64,000 nt of DNA from Octopus sinensis (GCF_006345805.1 NC_042999.1:160208001-160272000); one strand, 5' to 3'. Positions 1-12,650 are shown, numbered from the stretch's first letter. A program made the numbers and translations. The notes: generated from the letters alone by a model not told the origin.

Positions 1-801
1 AGATATGTATTAGTTAATTGTTGTACAATCTGGTAAATATGTAAGTCATTAAATGTCTATTTAAATTGAGACTGTCACATGAAGACAATTTGTTAACACG
101 CGTTGTTCAGACAAGTCTATCAACTGCATTTATCTGCTTCTATTTCGTCTTCGTCCATCCACCGTCACCACCCTTTCATTCTTCGTGGAAACGTTCAGTT
201 GGTCTTTGCAAAGTATCTGTTTCATATATCTTTATTACACCAAACAAATGCACTCTGTGCATTTAAACATTTATCATTGCTATATAACCAGCTTTGTTCA
301 TATAACTTCTTCAGTTTTGTTGCATTTCGTTCATATTTTGAAAATCTTCAATTCATAGTTAATGTTTAATTTATTGTTTGATTAAAAGCTATAATTTTTA
401 GTTGGAAATGAATGTCATTTGTAATATGATATTTAAATGATAGCAGGGGAGCGAGCAAAGACAGCATAATGCTGAATGAACATTCTTTCTCGCTTTTTTT
501 TACCCCTAAATATTTTTTGAGTTCAAATTCCACCGAGCTCGATTTTAGCTTTTATTTCTCAACGAAGTAGGGGTTGATCTGTTATGTTCTGTTCTGATGC
601 AATCGACTGTTCCTCTCCCAATAAATCTGCTGTCTAGAACTGATGAAAAAAAAAATTGTTGATATTAAAACAGGAATCAGAGCCAATAATGGAGCCCTTG
701 TGTGGTCAATAGAGCCGGTAGAAACAGTTGCTATAGCTTCATCAAATCGCTCATCCGGAAGAAACAGTAACCAAATCTCTATCGCTATCGAAGAAGGAAG
801 A

Positions 802-1012
802 AAGGCGGTGCGCTGGCAAAAAGAAACGTTAGCATGCCGGACAAAATGTTTTGCTGCATTTTGTCCGTCTTTATGTTCTGAGTTCAAAGTTCGCCAAGGT
901 TGACTTTACTTCGGTAAAATAAGTACCAGTTGAGTACTGGGGTCGATGTAACTGACTTACTCCTCCCCTCAAATTGCTGGTCCAGTGCCAAAATTTGAAA
1001 TCAATATTAAAG
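802..1012 (+). mobile_element. tRNA-derived SINE, family B (diverged copy)
   Basis: Head aaggcggtgcgctggcaaaaagaaacgttag, B-box-like gagttcaaag and body gactttacttcggtaaaataagtaccag, homologous to the copies at 12651 and 50078. Confidence 0.75.
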
Positions 1013-1059
1013 AAGGAAAGAAAAACTGGATAATATAATCCTATATACATTAGAGTGGA

Positions 1060-1309
1060 GGCGCGTGGCTTAGTGGTTAAGGTGTCAGCATCATGATCGT
1101 AAGATTGTGGTTTCGATTCCTGGACTGGGCGACGTGTTGTGTTCTTGAGCAAAACACTTCATTTCACGTTGCTCCAGTTCACTCAGCTGGCAAAAATGAG
1201 TAACGCTGCGATGGACTGGCGTCCCGTCCAGCTGGTGAACACATACGCCATAGAAACCGGGAAACCGGGCCCATGAGCCTGGTTAGGCTTTAAAAGGGCG
1301 CGCAAAAAA
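1060..1309 (+). mobile_element. tRNA-derived SINE, family D, with 17-bp target-site duplication
   Basis: A box tggcttagtgg, B-box-like gtttcgattcc, short A tail; exact TSD atatacattagagtgga at 1043-1059 and 1310-1326. Confidence 0.9.
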
Positions 1310-2078
1310 ATATACATTAGAGTGGAAAAAGACTGGATGGCCATGGCTGAAATGCTTTTGATTATAGGTCAGCTCATTCAAAACTTAGCTAGGGATAAAC
1401 ATCAACAATTATACTGAATTACAAATGTAGATAATTTGACGACATTAAAAATCATTACAACTCTCAAGTCCTGCAACAGAATATAAGATATTTCAGTCAT
1501 ATTTTCATGTATGAGGAAGGAGATTGGTCGGTATGGTGACTGAAGAGGATATGAACCTGTCATAAATTTCAGTATGCGAGAGATGCACTCGACAATTAGT
1601 GATCAGCTCTAAATGGACCATTGATAATTTAGGCGGCTGTCAGAAGTCATGCATGATCAGAAAGAACATATTAAATAACTGACATACGTGTAACAGTTGT
1701 AAATTTCTGACAAATTTAATATACAATATAATGCCTAATTTACTAATTGCTGTTAATGACATTTCCAGGGACAATATCAGTTAATTTAAAACTTCTCTGC
1801 AGTAAAAGTGAAATTGTTTTTTTTGTACAGATTATGACATATCAATTTATTGGAGAGAAGAAATGAGATTTTTAATGTTTTACCTTTTAGTTCTCAGCAG
1901 ACTGATACTCAGAATTCTGGTTAAAAGCGGTTGTGTAAGTCATTGTTGATCTTTGAAGTTTTGAATTTGAATCATGTTCAACTAATTCCCGCAACAAAGA
2001 ACTGAATGCAACATAATCACTTCTTTCGATATGGAAGCTTTTTTCACCCTAAAACAACTCTTTGAAAATACTCTCTCT

Positions 2079-2292
2079 CTCTTTTACTCTTTTACTCTTT
2101 TACTTGTTTCAGTCATTTGACTGCGGCCATGCTGGAGCACCGCCTTTTTAATCGAGCAACTCGACCGCAGGACTTATTCTTTTTGTAAGCCCAGTACTTA
2201 TTCTATCGGTCTCTTTTGCCGAACCGCTAAGTAACGGGGACATAAACACACCAGCATCGGTTGTCAAGCAATGCTAGGGTGACAAACACACA

Positions 2293-2355
<63 letters not shown>

Positions 2356-2522
2356 TACGACGGGCTTCTTTTCAGTTTCCGTCTACCAAATCCACTCACA
2401 AGGCTTTGGTCGGCTCGAGGCTACAGTAGAAGACACTTTCCCAAGGTGCCACGCAGTGGGACCGAACCCGGAACCATGTGGTTAGTAAACAAGCTACTTA
2501 CCACATAGCCACTCCTGCGCCT
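2079..2522 (-). mobile_element. CORE-like tRNA SINE, family C, with internal (TA)n
   Basis: Minus strand reads aggcgcaggagtggctatgtggt (A box), gggttcggtccc (B box), caccttgggaaagtgtctt (CORE-like), internal TA tract and (AAGAGT)n tail. Confidence 0.9.
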
Positions 2523-2894
2523 ATGTGAATTTTATTATAAATACAATGTGAATTTTATTATAAATATTTTATATAATTAACAAATATACGGAACCAGTAA
2601 ACTGAAGGCTTTAAAATGTACTTTTAGAACGAATGTGTTAATTTCCTTTATAGTCAAGAACTGTTTATATTACTGTCTCCGGCCTATTATCCATCCTTTT
2701 TGTTATCTTCCTCTTCGTCCTCTTTTTCAGCATTGTCGTTGCTCTGTCTACATATCTTACTCTACATTGTCCATTCTATACATTAGATGTGTTTCAGAAC
2801 ATTTAAGATTTTAACCTACGTCATATTACTTGGGTCATAACGTTGAATATGTTACTAATTGTTCTGTAAGCTATAGATGTCTCTCAGCACAGAG

Positions 2895-3630
2895 TTGAAG
2901 AGCTCAGATCTTTTGCGATGAAATATCTTCCTGAACTTCATCAAAACCTCCACGTTGTACTCTTTGTTGACCGTCTGGCCGCCAGAGGGAATCCAGTGCA
3001 TGTAGATGATGCCCTTACTGTCGAAAAAAAGGGATCACAATGAGCTTTCTGGTGGACTTACTTTGCTTGGCCTTCATGGAGGAGCCGGGATGCTTCCATT
3101 AGCCACTCTGTCTCTTGGTCTCTGGGTCATAACAGTAGAACCAGCTTTCGTCATAGGTCACCAGGGACTCTAGTACTCTTGGATTGAAGGTAATGAGCTC
3201 AGCCATCTCCCTGCTGTTATCACGCGTCTGTCCTTCTGTTCGTCACTGAGTATCCTGAGAACAAACTTCGCACACATTTTTGCCCATGTTCATATCTTCA
3301 TGAACAATTAATTTTGTGTACATTCGTCACACCAACTCCTAACAATAAACCTATTTTCATTATAGAGACACAGCGGGCTTCGTCCAGAAAATTGCGAATT
3401 TTCTCCATCAGCTCTGATGTTCTGATACAGCTATCCCTCCTACATCCCTAATTGTCTCTCACCTCCTCTCTATCATCTTTCAATCTCTTGCCAGCGAAAA
3501 ACATGTTCAGCTCATACAAGTTAATCCATTAGCAGTATAGAATATTTCATAAGTTTTTGTAACGGATTTATCCAGTTTAACACAAAATCTTATTGCACAG
3601 CGAACTTCCAAATTGTCTTCATGCCCCCGA
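2895..3630 (-). pseudogene. Decayed mariner-family transposase
   Basis: Minus-strand translation gives EDNLEVRCAIRFCVKLDKSVTKTYEI, KMCAKFVLRILSDEQK, VTYDESWFYCYDPETKRQ and FFDSKGIIY, all mariner motifs, broken by stops and frameshifts. Confidence 0.85.
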
Positions 3631-3845
3631 CTGCTTTTTGAAAACTAGTCAGCTGTGATAAGCAGTGTTTGCTGGGTGTGCTCAAAGTACTGTTACAGTC
3701 GACTCCTCCAATCGAGAACAAAGCAGTTAGCAGGTCAGCTTATAGTGATGATATAATAAAATTACAATGATCTAAGACAATTATAGCTGCCTCAACTAAA
3801 ATAAAAGTCTCAAAACCTCTGGATTGCTACTCTTAATTAATTTTC

Positions 3846-3897
<52 letters not shown>
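3846..3897. repeat. (ATCT)n microsatellite
   Basis: Direct inspection. Confidence 0.95.
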
Positions 3898-3898
<1 letters not shown>

Positions 3899-4109
3899 AT
3901 TTTGTTAAATCATAACAACAATGCGTTGGAAAGTTCTTGGTTAAAGAAGAGAACGATAGTTGAAGATGCCCGATAAGCGGTGCCAGAGCAATGCGTCCAA
4001 TAGAAATCACGCCGCTTGTGCGAGAAGTACGAAGGTTAATTGTTAATCAGTTTTGGTTTAGACCGATTCTTTTTACTTGCTTCTTCTACCACATGGCATT
4101 TGTGTGGAT

Positions 4110-4250
4110 GCGTCGTAAGAAGTTTGCTTCGCAAGCACATGGTTCCGGGTTCAGTCCCACTGCGTGGCACCTTCGGTAAGTCTTCTATTATTACCTCGGG
4201 CCGACCAAAGCCATGTGAGTGGATTTCGTAGATGGAAACGGGAAGACCGT

Positions 4251-4292
<42 letters not shown>

Positions 4293-4517
4293 TATGTTTG
4301 TGTGAGTGCGTGCATGTGCGTGTGAGTAAGTGTGTGTGTGTTCCTTCAGTATTGGTGTGTTTAAGTGCACGTAACTTAGCGGTTCGGAAAAAGGGCCCAA
4401 TTGAATAAGTGCTAGGCTTAAAAAGAAAATAAGTGATGGGGTCGATTAGTTCGACTAAAATTCCACAAGGCGGTGCCCCAGCATGGCCGCAGTCTAATGA
4501 CTGCAACAAATAAAAGA
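4110..4517 (+). mobile_element. SINE family C (diverged)
   Basis: catggttccgggttcagtcccactgcgtggcacc head, internal TA/TG tract and cagcatggccgcagtc tail. Confidence 0.85.
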
Positions 4518-5181
4518 TACCAGATGAATGATAAAATATGATGGCCCTGAGAAACCGATCATCAATGCTGTATTTAAGTCAATATCCAAACAGAAAGGTG
4601 ACCTATAAAAGTTATGCATCTGTTTACTCTCTATAGACCAACTGTCCTTGCTATTAACTCCTCTTTACTCAATGCACTTGATGTGTTAGCTACTCCATAT
4701 ATGGGCTGTTACTGATATGCTACTCTCTGAATTCTAAATACTAACAAGATTGATCGAGCTGTCCAGCTGTTTGTAGATATGGAGTTTATATAAGTTGACT
4801 TTCAGAGATATTTAGAATTTATAGGCCAGTTTTACCACCTGAATTCATTTGGCAGGTTAACCTGCCATAAACTAAAATGTTTATAGGCATTTATTGGCCC
4901 AATGGTCTTGACCGAGATTATGAAATTGATCTGCTCTTTTCAATACTTGCTTTTGACATATAAAATAATCTAGTTATTGGATAGCATGATATTTAAACAT
5001 CCCATATATTTGCTGCTGTTACTACTTGGCTAGATATCTAAACTGTGGTAGATCAATATCATTATTGTTGGATGCGAATTGGTAAGATACTGACCAAGGC
5101 CAACTACGTCACTCAAATTTAGTTAAGTTGTGACGCAGTGCAATTTAGATCATATTAGGTAGTCGAGCACATAGTCTAATG

Positions 5182-5382
5182 CGGTGCTTTTCAAACTTTT
5201 TGCTGGAGCGGAACCCCAAGGAAGCATTCCACTGGCTCGAGGAACCCCTGTGCAATAATTTAATAGTCTTATGCACACATATCTGCACAGGAGAATTAAA
5301 AATTACTGCCGATTTTAGCAGTTTTGTAACTTCTTGCGGAACCCCTGGACTGTACTGGCGGAACCCTGGTTGAAAACCACTG
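5182..5382. mobile_element. hAT-type MITE
   Basis: Ends cggtgcttttcaaac / gttgaaaaccactg; exact 8-bp TSD gtctaatg at 5174-5181 and 5383-5390. Confidence 0.85.
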
Positions 5383-6143
5383 GTCTAATGTGAGGAAAAA
5401 CCACGTACGTAAGCAGGTGTTTGTATGTGTGCGTGTGTGTGAGTGTGTGTGTGTGCATGTGTATGTATGTGTGTGTGTATGCGTGTGTGTGTATGCGTAC
5501 TTATTGTTTATTTTCTCTGTCCATGAAGTAACTGAAAAAACAAAAAAACAAAAACAAAAATTGATTAATAAATAAAAATCTAAAAGCAAATAAAGACTTC
5601 GTCATGTACGACATTCATTACCCTATTTCGTAATTCAAATTCATGCCACTGGCCATTTGAATTATCTCCTCAACCCTTTTTTGTCTTAATGATAAATGAT
5701 GCCCTTAATCAAGAAGTTCCAAACTCAGGGATTCGCTAAATTAGTGTGTTTAATTATATTAGGAAAAATTCTTGACATAATAACGCAACTCATTCAATTT
5801 TGTTGACTGTTTTTATTTAAAGCTACGGCTCCAAATCTACTCAGAGTTGACACTCTTCAGTATTTCCCATTAACAACGGCTAAACAGCTAGAAACGCTGC
5901 GTCTGGGAATCCGACAGGAGGCAACACAGGGCAGATATGGTGTTTTCACACCTTATGCTATAAGAGAGAATTTTTTCCCTCTATGACAACTGCAGTGAAT
6001 TTGCCTTTAGATGTTGAAATATGCCACAAACATATATAAACTAAGCTTAAGTTCGCATTTGTATATGTATGTATATACTAATACATCTGTTTGTTTGTAC
6101 ACCACCTGCCTTCGTCTTTTGTTTATTTTCGTAAACTTTCCCT

Positions 6144-6280
6144 ATGTATGTATGTATGTATGTATGTATGTATGTATGTATGTATGTATGTATGTATGTG
6201 TTATATATATATATATATATATTATATTATATATACACACATACACACACATATACATAGACACACACATATATATATAT

Positions 6281-6330
<50 letters not shown>

Positions 6331-6425
6331 ATATATATATATACATGTATATATATATATATATATGTGTGTGTCTATGTATATGTGTGTGTATGGTGTA
6401 CAGATACACGCACACACACATAAGC
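6144..6425. repeat. Compound (TATG)n/(TA)n/(CA)n microsatellite
   Basis: Direct inspection; it accounts for the MYVC/IYIY ORFs. Confidence 0.95.
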
Positions 6426-6537
6426 ACATCAGTGCAAACCAAGGTGGAAAAGATGGCACTCGAACACCAAAAGGTAGAGCAAATACTATTTGTGAAGTAC
6501 TTTTCGGCTTTAATAAAATTGTATGACGTGAAATAAA

Positions 6538-6885
6538 GTGTCTTGCTTAAGGACACATCGCGCCACTAGGAATCGAACTCCCGACCTTATGTTTGTGAGC
6601 CGAATACCCTAACTACCAAGCCACGCGCTATCAAACACACCCCACACACATCCACACACATTTTATTTTTACCTGTTTCAATCATTCGACTGCGGCCATG
6701 CTAGGACACCACCTTGAATAGCTTTTATTTTTAGCCGAAAGAATCGCGTACTTATTATTTCTTTGAAGCCTGAGACTTATTCTATCGTATTCTTTTTACT
6801 GAACCGCTAAGTTACTAACACCGGCTATCAAGTGGTGGAGGACAAACACAGACACAAAGATGCATATAGACATACATACGAAATG
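6538..6885 (-). mobile_element. Old SINE remnants (family D-like tRNA head plus family C-like tail)
   Basis: The reverse complement of 6538-6628 has A box tggcttggtagtt and B box gagttcgattcc; 6661-6885 resembles the family C tail. Confidence 0.6.
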
Positions 6886-6987
6886 AACTCAGCTCAGAGA
6901 TAGAGAGGTATTGAACTACTTGTTATAAAGTATTTCTATGAACAATCTAACATCAAGCACCATTAAGATAGAAGAAAGAAAACGTTC

Positions 6988-7526
6988 GGATCTTTTCGGT
7001 TTGAACGGCAGTTTTTTCTAGCGGTGTCATATGAAATTGTCACCCATAATTATGACCCTAGTATGGATCTATTGCATTTCAATCTGTTTTAGGGTTAGGG
7101 TTAGTTAGGGTTAGAGGGAAGGGTATATTTTTTTCTTCACAAATGTAAATAAACCCAATCTGTCTTTTAAACGAAGGACATATTCATACGGCACAGAATG
7201 CTTTTTTTTTACCTCAATAGACGTCAGTGATTGGTTGAAATTGCAGAAATTGAAGAAAAAAACAACAAATATCTTACAAACTATAGAATTTTCTCAATAA
7301 AGCCAAGAGAAAAAGATGTTTTATAAACACATTCTTCCAGTATACGAAGTTTAAAATGTCCCTCGTTTAAGAAACCCTAACCCCACCCCTAATCCTAACC
7401 CTAACCCTAAAACAGATTGAAATGCAATAGATCGATACTAGGGTCATAATTATGGGTGACAATTTCATATCGATCTATTGCATTTCAATCTGTTTTAGGG
7501 TTAGGGGTGGGGGAAGGGTATCTTTT
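6988..7526 (+). mobile_element. GGATC-TIR telomeric-repeat MITE, rearranged copy with internal inversions
   Basis: Left TIR ggatcttttcggtttgaacggcagtttt; forward to ~7355, inverted MITE segments 7357-7470, forward again 7471-7526; no right TIR. Confidence 0.9.
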
Positions 7527-7670
7527 AAAATCGGAGTCGTACCTGCTGTATATAAAGACAAAAAAAAAATGTTTTATAATACCCTAAACATCTCGTATAG
7601 TCCGTTTATTCACAGGCTGACAATAGTTTTGCTTATCTGTTTTTCTCTCTTTTTTTCACACATTAAACTA

Positions 7671-7831
7671 CCGTATTTTAATGTGTATAAGAAAACCTTT
7701 TTATCAAAAATTAGGTTAAAAAATATGGGAGTTTCTTATACATGGATAGTATTATAATCCCTTACAAAACCTTTTTTCTAAATTTTAAACCCCCAAAATT
7801 AAATGGTTCCTTATACACGTTAAAATACGAT
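7671..7831. mobile_element. Tc1/mariner (Tc2/pogo-like) MITE
   Basis: TA-ccgtattttaatgtgtataag ... cttatacacgttaaaatacga terminal inverted repeats. Confidence 0.7.
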
Positions 7832-7854
7832 GTATATTTGGAGTTTGTCTAGAA

Positions 7855-8036
7855 CATCATTTTTCAAACTTTTTTGTCATGACCTATTGAAGGGTCGGGA
7901 CCCACAGTTTGAAAAACGTTGGATATTCTGCACTTTGCACCCATTTGCGATTTTTCATTCCTTTCTTTTGTCACGACCCATTTTATTTATCTCGCGACCC
8001 ACAGAAGGATCGAGACCCACTCTTTGAAAAGCGCTA
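7855..8036. mobile_element. hAT (Charlie-like) MITE
   Basis: Ends catcatttttcaaac / tttgaaaagcgcta, internal gggtcgggaccc motifs; 8-bp TSD gtctagaa on both sides matches the Charlie NTCTAGAN preference. Confidence 0.8.
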
Positions 8037-8175
8037 GTCTAGAATAAGGAGGCACCATTTACGATACTTTCATCGGTAAATGAAAAAAATGAGAAAAACT
8101 CCTTTTGATTTTCCCGAAATACTGTATGAATTAATTTTCAAAGGACCCCTTATATCTCTCTTAAAGAGTAATTTC

Positions 8176-8603
8176 GGATCTTTTCGGTTTGAACGGCAGT
8201 TTTTAACATCATTTCTAGGTAACTAAACGCTTTAAAACTTCGTATACTGGTAGAATGTGTCAGATAAAACATCCTTTTCTCTTGGCTTTACTGAGAAAAT
8301 TCTATAGTTTGTAAGATATTTGTTGTTTTTTTCTTCAATTTCTGCAATTTCAACCTATCACTGACGTCCATTGAGGTAAAAGAACATTCTGTGCCGTATG
8401 AATATGTCCCTCGTTTAAGAAACAGATTAGGTTTACTTACATTTGTGAAGGAAAAAAGATACCCTTCCCTCCACCCCTAAGCCTAACTAACCCTAACCCT
8501 AAAACAGATTGAAATGCAATAGATCGATACTAGGGTCATAATAATGGGTGACAATTTCATATAACACCGCTAGAAAAAACTGCCGTTCAAACCGAAAAGA
8601 TCC
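8176..8603 (-). mobile_element. GGATC-TIR telomeric-repeat MITE (putative Merlin-like)
   Basis: Both TIRs intact; flanks gagtaatt(tc) and gagtaatt. Confidence 0.95.
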
Positions 8604-9259
8604 GAGTAATTATCTCTAATCTATATCAGCCAATGAATTTCTTTCTCGTTGTTTTTCTTCTTTCCAATTAGTTTCAAGCATGCAGTCTAAGTAACATCGA
8701 GCTAAATATGATTTCTACAGATAATCCAGGCAAGAAAATCGAATAACCATAGACTGGCTTCCTGTTAAACTGAAGTATACACGATGAGCACATGCAAATA
8801 TAAATATAAATATGATGAAAATGTTAATTTGTGCAGAGGAATAACGAAAACATCATTTGTAATAATATTACCAACGCCAAAGTACGTAAAACTCTCAAAT
8901 TACTTCAATGTCGATTGATTACAGCCCGATGAAATAATGTTAATAACACATTTCACAAAGAAGAAAGTTGCTGGTATAGGTTTACATTTTGTTGTTGACA
9001 AAATAAGTGACATCTTAATGCCACTTATTTTGTCCTTGGCAAATCGACAGTAAAAGAAAATGAAAGGAAAAACACGACGGAATATCCTTCAGCTTCTCGA
9101 TTTTCATTTAACACTAACCAGCATGGAAATATTTGGTGAAAATAAAAAGGAATATACAAACAGCCGAAATTTGCCATGATGATTCGGTTTCTGACTGAAG
9201 ATTGATGGCTTCGAATGACTTGTCTGTTTTCCGTGTTCGTCCCTTCGTGTATTTCACGT

Positions 9260-9284
9260 TCTTTATATATATATATTTTTTATT

Positions 9285-9327
<43 letters not shown>

Positions 9328-9393
9328 TAGAGATAAAACCACTATTAAACTGTAAGTTTGGATATACTCCCTAATATTATTATTATTATTATT

Positions 9394-9445
<52 letters not shown>

Positions 9446-9461
9446 CACACATATATATATT

Positions 9462-9543
<82 letters not shown>

Positions 9544-9593
9544 TATAATATATATATATTATATATATAATATATATATATATATATTATATG

Positions 9594-9625
<32 letters not shown>

Positions 9626-9686
9626 ATATATATATATAATATATACAAATTGAGATACATACTTTTACAGACATATATACATATAT

Positions 9687-9755
<69 letters not shown>

Positions 9756-9770
9756 GTATATATATAAATA
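9260..9770. repeat. Long (TA)n/(TAT)n microsatellite field
   Basis: Direct inspection. Confidence 0.95.
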
Positions 9771-10178
9771 TAGGCGATATGTTCTGTATGAAAACACAAG
9801 GCACTTTCTCAGCATATTTGTTTATTGGTATCCAGTGGTGAAATGTGTGTAATGTTACACACCATTTTACTGTTGTTATTAAATAAATGGGTTATAATGA
9901 CAACACCAACAAAAATAAATCAGCAAAAAAACGGGAGAAAGAAGCAAAAGTCGGAAGGGTAAAAAGTATGGTGGTGGTGGTGGTGGTGAGTGCGATGTTG
10001 TTTACTGTTGCTGTGGTAGTTGTTGATGGAGCAACATGGCATGGAGGCTGGTAGACGAAGGAACTGGGTGCCATCATCAGATCCAGTGCGCCAAATAAAT
10101 TGCGTTTCCCCAAGGATCATTCTAAGCATTCTGATACATAGGGGTCTTTGTGTTTGAGCAGATGTGGAATGCCTTTGC

Positions 10179-10613
10179 GGATCTTTTCGGTTTGAACGGC
10201 AGTTTTTAACATAATTTCTAGGTAACTAAAAACTTTTAAACTTCGTATACTTAGTAGAATGTGTTTATAAAACATCTTTTTCTCTTGGCTTTATTGAGAA
10301 AATTCTATAGTTTGTAAGATATTTGTTGTTTTTTTTCTTCAATTTCTGCAATTTCAACCAATCAGTGACGTCTATTGAGTTAAAAAGTATTCTGTGCCGT
10401 ATGAATATGTCTCTCGTTTAAGAAACAGATTGGGTTTATTTACATTTGTGAAGAAAAAAAAGATACCCTTCCCCCACTTCTAACCCTAACCCTAACTAAC
10501 CCTAACCCTAAAAGAAATTGAAATGCAATAGATCGATTCTAGGGTCATAATTATGGGTGACAATTTCATATAACACCGCTAGAAAAAAACTGCCGTTCAA
10601 ACCGTAAAGATCC
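10179..10613 (-). mobile_element. GGATC-TIR telomeric-repeat MITE
   Basis: Both TIRs; exact 8-bp TSD gcctttgc. Confidence 0.95.
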
Positions 10614-10619
10614 GCCTTT

Positions 10620-10745
10620 GCTCTATTCCAGCCTTGACCAACCCGTTTTTTAGGATTACTGAATATGCCTTCCCATTTATTAAGGCGGTAGCGTATGATA
10701 TGACGGAGATCTGGCTGTTATTTCCAGCAGGTTGGGCTAGAAATA
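10620..10745 (+). mobile_element. Ancient interspersed repeat, family F (cattccagccgtgacc...atttctagcagg type)
   Basis: Similar degenerate blocks at 15030-15115, 16760-16910, 34740-34790, 57190-57340, 58155-58290 and 63440-63640. Confidence 0.55.
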
Positions 10746-11249
10746 GCTTGACTACATGGAGTCCTCGTCGTTTACCTTCCTATGTGCTTGCGGAGTTGGT
10801 TGAAATGAACTTGGTCGCAGAACCTTCGTTGTTGTTCATTTGTATTTAGCTTTAGTTGCAGAGCTCACCTGCCGAGTCTTTTAGCTAAGGATATATTATT
10901 TTGCGTGTTTGCACTTTCCATATTCGTCTGAACTGATGCTGCTATTATATTACCCTTAGGTTGATGCTGTAGTTAATCTTAAAAAAACATTTCTGGAGCA
11001 GCTGTAGATGGTTCTGGTGTTTGTGTTTGATTTTACATAGAACTATCTGCAGGACTGTCTGGCTATTTGAGCCGTTGCCTGGCTCATGCCCAAATAATCT
11101 TTCGCTTAGACTATTTTGCTTTCGCTGTGTCGGTGATTTTTCGTTGTGGTCCGTGATATGCCTCGAATGAAACGAACGCACTATCATGTTTTCTCAATAG
11201 TTCTTCTTTTAGTTGTTGTTTATCGTTAGGTCAACCCTGAAAGAGTTTC

Positions 11250-11497
11250 TTTTCAGCCTTTTTGAATCAATTGAAGGCTGAGAATGCATTGTACTCAAAA
11301 ATCTGAATTTTTGTGGGGACAATAAGATAGGATCATAAAATCCTTTTGAAATCCAAATATTGTTCTGCTGATTTCTCTTTTTTTTCCATTTGTGAAAGCA
11401 CTTGGAAGTTCAACTCTGTTCTTTCTAATTGTTCCAATTAAAGCAGTTTTCTTGCTAAGCAGCTTTCGAGCCAATCCTAAGATCAAAGTGTTCAAAT
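11250..11497 (-). pseudogene. piggyBac transposase catalytic-domain fragment
   Basis: LARKLLSKKTALIGTIRKNRVELPSAFTNGKKREISRTIFGFQKD...LSTMHSQPSID, typical of piggyBac/PGBD4-like DDD transposases. Confidence 0.8.
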
Positions 11498-11823
11498 ATT
11501 GAACATCTTTTTTTATTATTATTTTTTAGGAAGAATACATCATTCAATAAATTCATCCTATAATGCAGTGATATTTGAGAGAGATTTCGTTGTTGTTTAT
11601 TGCAGATCGAGCGTTGAAGGTGGCACTACTGATATTAGTGGGTACATTCGCTTGTTTTTGTTTTTTTTTATTTATTATTTCAATTCAGAAGTTAATTGGC
11701 ACGAAAATATGCATGTCTGGTTTAATGTAAAATCAAATCCTCATTGAAACAATAAATAAAACAGAAATTGGAAGAAAATGTTAATTTATAATTGTTATTC
11801 AAGTCCAGAAGAGAAATTATTGT

Positions 11824-12123
11824 AAGGCGGCGAGATGGCAGAAACGTTAGCGCGCCGGACGAAATGCTTAGCAGTATTTCGTCTGCCGCTACGTTCTGAG
11901 TTCAAATTCTGCCGAGGTCGACTTTGCCTTTCATCCTTTCGGGGTCGATTAAATAAATACCATTTCGTCTGCCGCTACGTTCTGAGTTCAAATTCCGTCG
12001 ACTTTCACTTTTATGCTTTCGGGGTCGATAAATTAAGTACCACTTACGTACTGGAGTCGATCTAATCGACTGTCCCTCTCCCCCAAAATTTCGGGCTCTG
12101 TGCCTAGAGTAGAAAAGTATATT
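11824..12123 (+). mobile_element. SINE family B with internal duplication
   Basis: Head aaggcggcgagatggcagaaacgttag; the tttcgtctgccgctacgttctgagttcaaatt block occurs twice. Confidence 0.9.
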
Positions 12124-12650
12124 TTCTATTCTTTCATTCATATTTTCTGAACCTAATTATGATATAATAGCTTCAAGTGCTAACAAAAAAAAAAAATGAT
12201 TAAAACGCGCGCACGCGCGTACACACACTGGCATATACACACACGTACAAAGAGGTGAAATGAACTTTTAATAATTGACTGAATGAACGAATGGTATTGC
12301 TGATACGAGTGTCAAAGTCTTTTGAATATTGTGTGAGAAACTAGTTGTGATTAAAACTTGGAATGTAAAGAATGGAAACACTTCAAAATTGGGAACTTAA
12401 ATTTTTGTAAGGACCTTTCCCTTAAGCAATAGCAATTGTTGGTGTTTCTGTTATTATTGTTGGTCATGAAAGATTACTGTATAACTGATGGCTTTTAAGT
12501 GACTTTTATACAGTAAACACCGTTTACTGTATAAAAGTCATCAATTAAAAATGTTGCTCAACAAAATAAACGTAATTTCCATTTGATGACTTTCGTATTA
12601 AGGACACTTATAAACAAAGCGTGTTAATAAGTTATTATTATAAAGTCTGT

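Noticed and set aside
640-790. GSIIGSD motif as a Merlin/ISXO2 transposase remnant
   Set aside because: A single short motif in a stop-ridden frame; the surrounding residues do not fit.
1060-1130. tRNA gene calls at SINE heads (also 6538-6628 and the family B/C heads)
   Set aside because: A/B boxes are present but there is no full cloverleaf; they continue into SINE bodies with TSDs or tails.
1831-1934. Possible exon (tacag ... gtaagt)
   Set aside because: Splice-like words are common in AT-rich DNA; the peptide is unrecognised and has no supporting neighbours.
4850-4867. 18-bp palindrome centred on TTAA (tggcagg-ttaa-cctgcca)
   Set aside because: Too short to separate from chance; no associated element ends identified.
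9195-9235. ctgaagattgatggcttcgaatg (homologue at 41150-41175) as a hammerhead
   Set aside because: GAAT instead of GAAA, no G10.1-C11.1 pair and no convincing stem I; at best a decayed relic.
10080-10860. Apparent reading frame restored after removing the 10179 MITE
   Set aside because: The flanks match non-coding repeat family F and the translations have stops and no recognisable motif.
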